A stretch of 64,000 bases of DNA from a virus. Made by a program: the position numbers and the translations under genes. Positions within the stretch are counted from its first letter, which is position 1. Every line of letters starts with the position of its first letter. The notes under the pieces were generated by a model that made no database searches, was not told the DNA's origin, and was given only the letters and a program-made list of their open reading frames with translations. The stretch lies in the IMG/VR virus record IMGVR_UViG_3300021197_001769; one strand, written 5' to 3'. Below, piece after piece: positions 9,784 through 18,497 of this stretch.

Positions 9784-11268
9784 TTACACGTTATCTACTG
9801 CGAACTTTCTGTAGTAGACGTTTGAGTGAGGTGCAACTAATCCTTTAGATTGAATTGCAGAAGCTCCACCAGCAAATGGATTACTTACCATACCGTATCT
9901 AGTTTTAAAACCGATTTTAGGTTGGAAAGTCTCTTGAGCAACAGCTCTGACCATTTGTAGAGGTACATAAGGACAATAGAACATACCAGCGTCCATATTG
10001 TTTGTACCTTTATAACCAACAACGATGTAGTCACCTGATGTTGCATAAGGGTCAATATAAACTCTTGTTCTACCATTTAAAGTACCTGCGAATACACCTG
10101 ATGTAACATCTACATCTAGGTTATCCTGGATATTTGAGCTATAGTCTAGCAAGCCAGCCATAGTCAAACCTGAAGCTACGTTAGCAGAACATAACATAAA
10201 GTTACCTTTACCTCTTCTAGTTTCGAATGCAATGTTATTGCTTTCTTTTTCTATCTGAAGCATAAGACCTTTTTGTCTTTCTACTGACCATCTACCTTGA
10301 CCATCAGCAATAAGATCAAATCTTCCTGCTGTTGTTAGGCCTGTAGCACCTCTTTTAGCTTGAGAAATAATAGTGTATACTACTTCTCTATTGATCTCAG
10401 CTAAGATTTCTGTAGACAGAATATTTGATAATTCTGCTTCAGCATCTAGACCGTGAACAGCTCTAAGATCTTGGACTAACTCCATAGTGTATTCACTTTT
10501 AAGAGCACGTGTCTTTGCTTCGACAGCTGTTCTCTCAATTGTGAATGACATTTCTCTGAAGTTATCGCCTTCACCTTCTCTAGTAGTCATACCATATGAA
10601 GAAGTACCTTCTGCACTGATTTTAGCAGAACCACCAGCTAGTGCTGGGTTAGCTCCGGTAGCAGTACCGAATGGGTTATTCACAGGTGTTACTGAGTTAT
10701 CAGTATACGCATCTGACTCTGCAGATGTTGAACCACTGTTAGAAGCTCTTGAAGGATCAAATGGGTTACCTGAAGTAGACTCATTTGCACCATCAGCATG
10801 AGTGCCTGGAGCACCAGTATTGAAGGCTGTACCAGAAAAGTTCGGGAACACTTCGTTGTAGAAAGCCTCTAAGCCCTCTTCACCAAGTCCATCGACTTCA
10901 TTTCTGTTATTATATCTTGCACGTAGTGCGAAGATTAAACCTGTTGGCGCTGACATAGCTTGCACACCACAAAGATCGAAAGCCATCATTTGAGGCATCG
11001 CTCTTCTTACTAGTGATATGATAATTGGATCGTAACCTGCACGACCAGTTGCATTAATAGTGGCGTTATCTCCGGCTCCGGAAAACGCTCCACCAAAGGC
11101 TGCACCAGATACACTTGATTCCTGAATTTGAGACTCTTCTTGCAATGCTTTCTCTGTGTTCTCTAGAACTTGAGCTACAACTGCTTTCTTTTCTCTTTCT
11201 TTAATTTCAGGCAAATCATCGTGGTTAATTACTGGGGCCCATTTTTCAGTGAGAACATCAAAGGACAT
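9784..11268 (-). CDS. gp23: Major capsid protein gp23
   Basis: KWAPV, LVRRAMP, GVQAMSAPTGLIFALR, RALKSEYTMELVQDLRAVHGLDAEAELSNILSTEI, FYCPYVPLQMV, FQPKIGFKTRYG. Confidence 0.98.
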   Translation of the reverse strand: MSFDVLTEKWAPVINHDDLPEIKEREKKAVVAQVLENTEKALQEESQIQESSVSGAAFGGAFSGAGDNATINATGRAGYDPIIISLVRRAMPQMMAFDLCGVQAMSAPTGLIFALRARYNNRNEVDGLGEEGLEAFYNEVFPNFSGTAFNTGAPGTHADGANESTSGNPFDPSRASNSGSTSAESDAYTDNSVTPVNNPFGTATGANPALAGGSAKISAEGTSSYGMTTREGEGDNFREMSFTIERTAVEAKTRALKSEYTMELVQDLRAVHGLDAEAELSNILSTEILAEINREVVYTIISQAKRGATGLTTAGRFDLIADGQGRWSVERQKGLMLQIEKESNNIAFETRRGKGNFMLCSANVASGLTMAGLLDYSSNIQDNLDVDVTSGVFAGTLNGRTRVYIDPYATSGDYIVVGYKGTNNMDAGMFYCPYVPLQMVRAVAQETFQPKIGFKTRYGMVSNPFAGGASAIQSKGLVAPHSNVYYRKFAVDNV

Positions 11269-11327
11269 TACTCTATCTCCCTATTAAAAACGTTGATATA
11301 ATTTTTCTTAATCATTATTAATTTTTC

Positions 11328-13346
11328 TTATTTACTTATAGTTTTTGATAAGAACTGCGCGTATGCACTTACTGTAGAGTCGTTATGATCTTCTGTAATT
11401 ACTTCGTCAGTACCAATCACTTCTTCACTCAATGAGGTTAGAAGCTTTGAGTTTTCTTCGCTTTGATTAAAGTAAGCCTCTTTGAGGTCACTTAACTTGG
11501 CTTGGAACTCTTCAGTATCTTTAGCATCTACTGACTCAGCTAATTTTTCTAATCTAATTTTCTGTGTCTGTGTTAGCTCTGATGATACCTCTTCTACAAT
11601 TGAAGCCTTTTTATAATCAAGGACTTCTTTTTGTAAATTTTCTGCAAGAGTCTGAGACTCTTCTACTTGTTCTTTGAAAGAATCTATTTGTTCAGTTAAC
11701 TCATCAACTACTGAGATATCATCTTCAGGGATATCGATATAGTTTTCTGCAAATAGTTTTCTCATTCCTGAGATAAAGTTTTCAGCTACTTCAGTTCTAA
11801 GAGAGTACTTAATTTCTAATGCATTCTCTTCTAACCATTCTTTAACTGCATAATCAACATACTCGTTAATCTTATCGCTAATAGCAGCTTTCTCTTCATT
11901 AAGTTTCTCTTCGTAGTCAGCTTGAATCTTCTCAACTACTAGATCTACTTTTTCATTTACAGCTGTTTCAAATACTACAGCAGCTTTACGTTTAAAATCT
12001 TCATCTAATTCTGCTTCTAAATCAGTTTCAGTTTCTTCTGCTGCCATTTTATTAACAATTGGATCACTTGCTTGATCATGAGCACCTTTATTAGCATCTG
12101 CTTTTACTGAAGCTTTTGCCATCTTTGTAGGTCCTGCAGGATTTGCAATAGTTGGTGTGTCATGAGGATCGTTTGCTTGATTATGTGGACCAGCGCCTAC
12201 ATCACCACCTTTTGTTTCTGCTTCACCTTTAGCTGATTTTTTATCTTGATCAGGTAAATTTTTCATATTAGCATCAGTCTGAATAGTAGTATCTTGACCT
12301 TTAGCATCACCAACTTTTTGCATTGGTTCACCTGCTGGTAAAGCTTCTTCTACTTCTTCTACTTCTTCAGTAGTTGCTTTTTCAGCTTCATCTTCGATAG
12401 GATGCTCGATAACGTTACCGTCTTCATCTTTTTCGTGATGCTCTTCTTCTACAGCTTCTTTTTCTTCTGTTTCAGCATCATATTCAGCTTCTGATTCTTC
12501 AATTGATTCAGCTAATTGAGCTAACTCATCAGCGAAGATACTTTCTTCTTCTTCAGTTAGTTCTTTCATTAACTCATACCAGTTTTCTTCTTCTAAGTTT
12601 TTAAGCTCATTCCAATCCCAGTTGGCAGTACCTTCTTCGATTGTGATTTCACCAGCATGAAGAACATACATAGCATCTTCATAAGTTACTTCTTCTTTTT
12701 TCATTGCTTTATTGATAGCATTTCTTCTTTTCTTTAGATAATCATCTGACTCATCTTCGTCGCCATCGTTATCTACGTCACCATCTTCTTGACCAACCGG
12801 ATCCATCTTAGCTTTTTCATCAACAGTTTCAGCTTCTTCTTCTGATTCTGTCTCTTCGCTCATTCCTGGATCGTCACATTGGTTATGAGGTCCTTTGTTA
12901 GCTTCTGCTTCTGCAGATGCTTGAGAAGGTTTAGCGCTTATACCATCTATTGAATTAGTATCGCCTGCGTTATCGGTAGACTGATCATGTGGACCTTTAT
13001 CAGCCTCGACCGTTGCAGATGCATCACTAGCAATCTTCCCTTTATTCATATCACCTTCATCACCAGCATTTTCACCTGCTTGGTTATGGGGTCCTTTGTC
13101 AGCTGCTACTTCAGGAGACTGTTTACCGCTTCCTGGTTTAATTGTAGCCATATCAGCTGTCTTACCATCGCTAGTTAAATTCTTAGCGTTGTCGGCATTT
13201 TGATCAGCTTCTGCTATGTTATCTTCTTTCATAGGCTTTTTTTCCTGAGGGTTGGTAATCATATCCTTTTTGGTCATATGCTCACCACTCTTAGGTGCCT
13301 TCTCTTCAAGAAGATCTTCTATTACGTTTATCAAATCTTTAGACAT
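11328..13346 (-). CDS. gp22: Prohead core scaffold gp22 with long repetitive acidic N-terminal extension
   Basis: C-terminal EDFKRKAAVVFETAV...EWLEEN...ENFISGMRKLFAENYIDIP; lies between gp21 and gp23. Start set at ATG 13346 after AAGGAG. Confidence 0.9.
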   Translation of the reverse strand: MSKDLINVIEDLLEEKAPKSGEHMTKKDMITNPQEKKPMKEDNIAEADQNADNAKNLTSDGKTADMATIKPGSGKQSPEVAADKGPHNQAGENAGDEGDMNKGKIASDASATVEADKGPHDQSTDNAGDTNSIDGISAKPSQASAEAEANKGPHNQCDDPGMSEETESEEEAETVDEKAKMDPVGQEDGDVDNDGDEDESDDYLKKRRNAINKAMKKEEVTYEDAMYVLHAGEITIEEGTANWDWNELKNLEEENWYELMKELTEEEESIFADELAQLAESIEESEAEYDAETEEKEAVEEEHHEKDEDGNVIEHPIEDEAEKATTEEVEEVEEALPAGEPMQKVGDAKGQDTTIQTDANMKNLPDQDKKSAKGEAETKGGDVGAGPHNQANDPHDTPTIANPAGPTKMAKASVKADANKGAHDQASDPIVNKMAAEETETDLEAELDEDFKRKAAVVFETAVNEKVDLVVEKIQADYEEKLNEEKAAISDKINEYVDYAVKEWLEENALEIKYSLRTEVAENFISGMRKLFAENYIDIPEDDISVVDELTEQIDSFKEQVEESQTLAENLQKEVLDYKKASIVEEVSSELTQTQKIRLEKLAESVDAKDTEEFQAKLSDLKEAYFNQSEENSKLLTSLSEEVIGTDEVITEDHNDSTVSAYAQFLSKTISK

Positions 13347-13370
13347 GGGGTCCACTCCTTGTTGTCCTTT

Positions 13371-13378
13371 TATTTATT
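13371..13378 (-). promoter_or_regulatory. Late promoter variant AATAAATA upstream of gp22
   Basis: In the gp21-gp22 gap, upstream of the RBS. Confidence 0.55.
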
Positions 13379-13380
13379 AA

Positions 13381-14034
13381 TTAAAGATCTCTTAAGAACT
13401 TGTTAAACATATTAAGCTTAACTTCGTTTAATTCAGATTTCTTTGCTAGCATTAAATTTTTTCGCTCTATATCAAGATCTACTCTAGAGAATACCCCTGA
13501 CTCATATATCCATTCAGCTTGTTCATAAACACCTTCAACGAATGAAGATTGAGCTGAAGGATCAAATACGATATCGGCTGCAGTTGTTAGTACAAAATCA
13601 CTCTGTACTTCATTATGTCCCATTCTAGTTGGCTTAAGAGAACCTAAACCTCTAGAACTAACACCTACAGTCACTCCATCATCTAATAAATTTTCTACTA
13701 TCTTACCCATAGGTGTAGATAATACCTTTGCTTTTCCTTTATAATATATTCCATCTTGTTCTAAAGACTCAGTAAGAATAGCTGCTCTCTCTGGATTCAC
13801 AACAGGTTCAGCTGGATGGTTTAATTCACCTAGCGCTCTTTTTTTATCAATGTACTCTTCTTTGTACTTTGATACTGCTCCGTCCATTACTGATTGAGGG
13901 TATATTCTACCATTTCTGTTTTCTTTTTCAGCTTGTAAAAAAGGACCTGATATGAATAGTTTTTTATTGCTACCTTTACCTTCAGATATTACTTTCACGT
14001 TTTCAAATAATGTTGGTTCTGCTATAAGTTTCAT
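13381..14034 (-). CDS. gp21: Prohead protease gp21
   Basis: NRNGRIYP, ALGELNHP, TPMGKI, GVSSRGLGSL, DIVFDPSA. Confidence 0.97.
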   Translation of the reverse strand: MKLIAEPTLFENVKVISEGKGSNKKLFISGPFLQAEKENRNGRIYPQSVMDGAVSKYKEEYIDKKRALGELNHPAEPVVNPERAAILTESLEQDGIYYKGKAKVLSTPMGKIVENLLDDGVTVGVSSRGLGSLKPTRMGHNEVQSDFVLTTAADIVFDPSAQSSFVEGVYEQAEWIYESGVFSRVDLDIERKNLMLAKKSELNEVKLNMFNKFLRDL

Positions 14035-14048
14035 TGTTCTATCCTATC

Positions 14049-14393
14049 TTAATTAGCTACTATAAAGCCTCTTAATTCAATTATTGCATTAGGGCTAGTA
14101 CCTACTACAGTAAGAGATCCACCTCCTGCTGATCCAGTAAAAGGTAAACCTCCAAATTGAGATAGTAACCAGTTACCAGTTTCGAATACTTTACCGTCTA
14201 ATGTAACATCATTAGGTCCCATATTAATAACTGTCTCGATTCTATTAGGTTGGAATCTTTTAGTTTCACCAGTTTCTAATGTAAACAATAATGCATCTGA
14301 ATCGAATGCTGAAGCAGAATCAATATGCAATGTTACCCTTGCAGAGTTTTGATCTCTTGCTGTAATTCTTTTTGCTATTATAGTGTTAGCCAT
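14049..14393 (-). CDS. Hypothetical protein in head module, possibly virion
   Basis: Intact ORF with RBS; beta-rich; one DSD. Confidence 0.6.
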   Translation of the reverse strand: MANTIIAKRITARDQNSARVTLHIDSASAFDSDALLFTLETGETKRFQPNRIETVINMGPNDVTLDGKVFETGNWLLSQFGGLPFTGSAGGGSLTVVGTSPNAIIELRGFIVAN

Positions 14394-14402
14394 TTATATC
14401 TC

Positions 14403-15143
14403 CTAGTTTGATAAAGAAGCTAGTGATCTTGTACGACCTTTAATTCTTTTCTTTGTTATTTTAGCAATACGAGCTGCTTTCTTTTTCTTAGCAGCACCCA
14501 TAGCCTTTTTAGCTCTTTTAAGTTTAATTCCTAATCTTTTCATTTTAGCTTTTTGAGTACCGGTTTGAGGTAAGCATCTTCTACCTGCTAATCTCATACC
14601 TGGCATACACTTTTTCTTCTTAGTAATTGTGCCTTTAGATCTTTTAAAGATTACTCTAGCCATTTTTTCGTCAATTACAACTGTACCGTCTTCTTGCATT
14701 ACCTCTACATCATGAACTTCATAATCTTCTGCAAATAAAGCATCTTTAATTTTAAGATAATTTTCTATAGCATCATCATAGTAAGTTCTATCTTCGATAG
14801 CAAATTCTAAATCATACTCTTCCCCATCTTCCATAGGAACGAAGTCTAAATAAGTTTTAGGACATTGACACTCATCATCTGCTTCATGAGGATGACAACC
14901 ACAGTCATCATCATCTTCTTCATGTAAGTTAAGAGCAGCTTCTGCTTCGTCAAAGTCGTCAATGTCACCTTCTACTATTTCTTCATAGTCTAAGATAACA
15001 ACTTCTTCTTTAAACTCTTCAATTTGCTCAGGTGTAAAAATAGTCTCTTCTATTTCTACTCCTTGTCTTATCGAATCTAAGACGAGTTGTTTTTTCTCTT
15101 CGTAGATTCTACTCTTTAGGTTCTTCAGATTCATTTTTACCAT
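14403..15143 (-). CDS. Prohead core protein, gp68-like
   Basis: Acidic N-half and very basic C-half with C..G......C; gp68 position. Confidence 0.6.
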   Translation of the reverse strand: MVKMNLKNLKSRIYEEKKQLVLDSIRQGVEIEETIFTPEQIEEFKEEVVILDYEEIVEGDIDDFDEAEAALNLHEEDDDDCGCHPHEADDECQCPKTYLDFVPMEDGEEYDLEFAIEDRTYYDDAIENYLKIKDALFAEDYEVHDVEVMQEDGTVVIDEKMARVIFKRSKGTITKKKKCMPGMRLAGRRCLPQTGTQKAKMKRLGIKLKRAKKAMGAAKKKKAARIAKITKKRIKGRTRSLASLSN

Positions 15144-15282
15144 CTTCTATAAATTTAGAGGCCAACTCCTGCTTCATTTGCTGGAGATGTCCAATTACTT
15201 TAGTATCTATATGGGATTTTACATCTTTAACAAATGTATCTTGATCTCCCATATTCGTTGTAAAATCAAATTTATTTTCCAT
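15109..15282 (-). CDS. Small prohead core protein, gp67-like
   Basis: Size and position; KVIGHLQQMKQELASKF; start MENKF just after a late-promoter variant at 15285-15292. Confidence 0.5.
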   Translation of the reverse strand: MENKFDFTTNMGDQDTFVKDVKSHIDTKVIGHLQQMKQELASKFIEDGKNESEEPKE

Positions 15283-15290
15283 AATATTTA

Positions 15291-16289
15291 TTAACCCCAC
15301 ATTATAGAGTCTAGCTCTAATTGGTTATTGTTTTTAAGTTCATCTCTAAGAGATGTCTCTTCTTCGCGTCCTTCGTTATACAACGTTTGGCCATCTAATT
15401 GAACACCACCTGGTAGTTCAGTATTTTGATATTTCTTAAGATTAGCACCCCATTGCATTTTAGCTAAAGCAACAGCGTATGTTTTTAACCAACTGTCTTG
15501 ATATACTTGTCCGTATATTTCTGGGTCAGTTACTACATAACATTCAGCTAACATATAATGAGTCTTCTTACCACCATTAGCAGCAGTCTTCAATCTATTC
15601 ATATCTGTATCGAAATACAATCTATTTTTATGTTTATTAAATCTTATGGCAGGAGATGTATTCAATAAGAACTCTATATGTTCTACAAAAGTCTTTTGAA
15701 TATAATAAGAAGTTAATCCTCCTGCTCCCATACCACCATAAAAGAAATCAAAATTATTTAAAAAGTATTGGTACTCGTAATTATACATTCCCGCTTGACT
15801 AAAAGAGTCTACTTTAGCTATTCTAGTAACCGAAATTATATCATTAGGTACTTTAACTCCTATTTGACCAGCACTAGTAAGAATTATATTTTGATCTTCT
15901 AGTACTTGCTCTTCTAAAGTGAAGTATCTTCTAAATCCATCATGCGCAGAATCTGAATCAGTCTTTATATAAACTCTTTGACCTGTAACGTTATTCAGTT
16001 TTTTCATTACTCTAGAACCTAATCTATAGGTACTATATTTGTCAGAGTCAAAATCTTCTGCTCCTAAGTCTTGGTGTCTTCTATTATTTCTTTTAATAAA
16101 GTTACTATCAATCTTTATAACTCTATAAGTTCTTTCAGCGCCATCGTAATGGTACTCTTGATACAGCTGAACAGCATCATCAATACAATCTTCTAATTGT
16201 ACATCAGCAATCTCTACGTTAATGACAGGTGCACCCAGTCTACGTAAAATATAATCTGCTAGTTCTTGTTTACTGTTCGGTAACGGCAT
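15291..16289 (-). CDS. gp13: Neck protein gp13, relocated downstream of the portal gene
   Basis: ELADYILRRLGAPVINVEI...YHYDGAE...WLKTYAVALAKMQWGANLKKY...LPGGVQLDG. Confidence 0.93.
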   Translation of the reverse strand: MPLPNSKQELADYILRRLGAPVINVEIADVQLEDCIDDAVQLYQEYHYDGAERTYRVIKIDSNFIKRNNRRHQDLGAEDFDSDKYSTYRLGSRVMKKLNNVTGQRVYIKTDSDSAHDGFRRYFTLEEQVLEDQNIILTSAGQIGVKVPNDIISVTRIAKVDSFSQAGMYNYEYQYFLNNFDFFYGGMGAGGLTSYYIQKTFVEHIEFLLNTSPAIRFNKHKNRLYFDTDMNRLKTAANGGKKTHYMLAECYVVTDPEIYGQVYQDSWLKTYAVALAKMQWGANLKKYQNTELPGGVQLDGQTLYNEGREEETSLRDELKNNNQLELDSIMWG

Positions 16290-17889
16290 CAGAGTCCTCT
16301 ATAGCTTCTATATTTATGTCTAAATCAGAACTATCTTCTGTAAGTTTAAGCTTTGGAGATCGCTTATATTCATCGTACATATTGACATAATCATTATTAG
16401 CTACATCATTAGGAGCATCTATATCTGTAATTTGCTCTTTCTCCATCTCATCCATAATCTGCTGATCAATTCTAGCAATGTCTTCTTCTGTTTGACCTAG
16501 AACTTCTTTTCTAATATATTCAATAGAGAAGTACTTACCAACATATTCTGAAGCATCTCTCAATACATTTAATTGATCACCTAGTATTTCTATTCTTTTT
16601 AAATTTTCAAAGTGTGTATCAGAGATATAATCATAAGTGATATACTGTCTCATCTCTTCGAACTCACCTGTAGTACAAACACCCTTTAGTACTAACTGAA
16701 CTCTTAACACTTCGTTAAATAATTCTGCAAACTGTTTTCTTATTCTATGAATAAACTTAGTAAACTTTAATTCATCTCTACTAATATCTGAAGCTCTTCC
16801 TAACTGAAAATTATTATCTTGATTAATTCTACTAATAGGAACGTTTAATGCTTGATACAATTTACCTTTAAAATATTCTACATCACCTAAGTCACCTAAA
16901 TTAGCTCCACCAGGTAGAGTTGTAATTTCAGTTCCTTTAGATCCGTCTCTTCTAGGTAACCAAAAGTCTTCTAACATAGACATAAACTTACGACTATCTC
17001 TAACTAAACCTGTAGATGGATCATAGTCAATTTTATTTCTATATCTATTCATCATATCTTTAATGTATTGTTCAGCTTTAATTTTAGGTAACTGACCTAC
17101 ATCAACATAAAATATTCTTCTTTCAGGAGCTCTAGCTATTCTATAAACAATAAGAGCATCTTCCATAGATCTTAGATTGTTAAAAGGCTTAATAGCTTTA
17201 TCTAAGTAACCTATGATCATTCCTCTATTTCTATCTACTAAACCAGAAGAACAAAATACTACTGAGTCTTTAGATAATTTAGCTGAAGCTTGTAAATTTT
17301 TATCAGGAGCAAACTCAAACCATTCTTTTACTTCTGTAAGAATTGGTACACCAGTCGACTTATCTTTTTCATAGTTAGGTTTAACTACTCTTTTTATTTT
17401 CAAAGCATCTATAGCTCTTAATTCTCTAATACCTTCTTTAGGTTGTTTTTTATCAATAATAACTTGAAAGTATAACCTACCATCTACATACCATTGTCTA
17501 AAATGATCGTATGATTTTTTTTGAAATTTTAATAAATGAAGAACGTTTTTAAATTCATCTCTGATATTCTTTTTAATTCTATCATCGATATTAAGAGTAT
17601 CTAATCTAATTGATACAGGAGCTCTCTCATGCTCAACTACAAATGCTTCGTTAACGATATCATCTATAGCGGCATCAGCTTCTGGAAAAAAGCTGATGTC
17701 TCTATATTGTTTAATTAGTTGATGTTCGTTACGATACTTTGCGTCTTGTTCATAAGTGTAGCCGATTCTTCCGCCGACAGGCAACTCAGTACCGTCATCC
17801 ATTTCCATGGGTATTGGACTTGGTTGCTTTTTTTCTTTCTCTGGAGTTACTAATTCAAATCCAAAGAGATCTATTCTTTTGTCTGCCAT
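16270..17889 (-). CDS. gp20: Portal protein gp20
   Basis: LFGF, AIDDIVNEA, WYVDGRLY, YRIARAPERRIFYVDVGQLPK, LEDFWLPRRDGSKGTEITTLPG. Confidence 0.98.
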   Translation of the reverse strand: MADKRIDLFGFELVTPEKEKKQPSPIPMEMDDGTELPVGGRIGYTYEQDAKYRNEHQLIKQYRDISFFPEADAAIDDIVNEAFVVEHERAPVSIRLDTLNIDDRIKKNIRDEFKNVLHLLKFQKKSYDHFRQWYVDGRLYFQVIIDKKQPKEGIRELRAIDALKIKRVVKPNYEKDKSTGVPILTEVKEWFEFAPDKNLQASAKLSKDSVVFCSSGLVDRNRGMIIGYLDKAIKPFNNLRSMEDALIVYRIARAPERRIFYVDVGQLPKIKAEQYIKDMMNRYRNKIDYDPSTGLVRDSRKFMSMLEDFWLPRRDGSKGTEITTLPGGANLGDLGDVEYFKGKLYQALNVPISRINQDNNFQLGRASDISRDELKFTKFIHRIRKQFAELFNEVLRVQLVLKGVCTTGEFEEMRQYITYDYISDTHFENLKRIEILGDQLNVLRDASEYVGKYFSIEYIRKEVLGQTEEDIARIDQQIMDEMEKEQITDIDAPNDVANNDYVNMYDEYKRSPKLKLTEDSSDLDINIEAIEDSDAVTEQ

Positions 17890-17935
17890 TCTGCTTCCTC
17901 ATAATATACTAGTCTAATAATACTGTTATAGTCGA

Positions 17936-18496
17936 TTATCCGACATTGTCTGTAGTATTACTAGTCCAGTATTGATATGCTATAGTTGCGCTGAACTCTT
18001 CGATAGTGTCTGTTGCATCGAAAGACATATCGATTGGGTCAACCTGAACTGGGAAACAGCCTCTAAAAGTGTAAGTCTTTTGAACGTCGTTATTTTTATC
18101 TAACTGCTCAACTCTCCAATCTTGAATGTACGCCTGAACGTTAGTACCTAATTCTGTTGTACCATTTACATGTTGATTGATTTGATTCATCCAAGACTCA
18201 AATGCATTACGAATAGCAAAGTTATTGTCATTCATAATAGTAATTGTCCAGTCTTCGAAGATTCTATCTCCAGCAACTTTTAATTGTCTACCTCTAAACG
18301 GTACAGGTATTTCACCAATCGTTGATGGAGGTAATTGAGCACCTTTGATAAGAAAAGAACCTAACTGTACTAGACCAAGACCAGTATTATCTGTATTAGT
18401 GACTGTTCCAGGAAAACCTGGAAACACTCTAAAATAATTTGGTCTTGCTCCACCACCTATAAGGGCTGCTTTAAAGTCATCTATTCTTAAAGTCAT
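17936..18496 (-). CDS. gp19: Tail tube protein gp19
   Basis: GGARPNYF, PFRGRQLKVAGDRIFEDWTITIMND, IEEFSATIAYQYW. Confidence 0.97.
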   Translation of the reverse strand: MTLRIDDFKAALIGGGARPNYFRVFPGFPGTVTNTDNTGLGLVQLGSFLIKGAQLPPSTIGEIPVPFRGRQLKVAGDRIFEDWTITIMNDNNFAIRNAFESWMNQINQHVNGTTELGTNVQAYIQDWRVEQLDKNNDVQKTYTFRGCFPVQVDPIDMSFDATDTIEEFSATIAYQYWTSNTTDNVG

Positions 18497-18497
18497 G

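Noticed and set aside
11301-11330. Direct repeat ATTTTTCTTA twice upstream of gp23
   Set aside because: A short AT-rich repeat that cannot be distinguished from chance without homologs.
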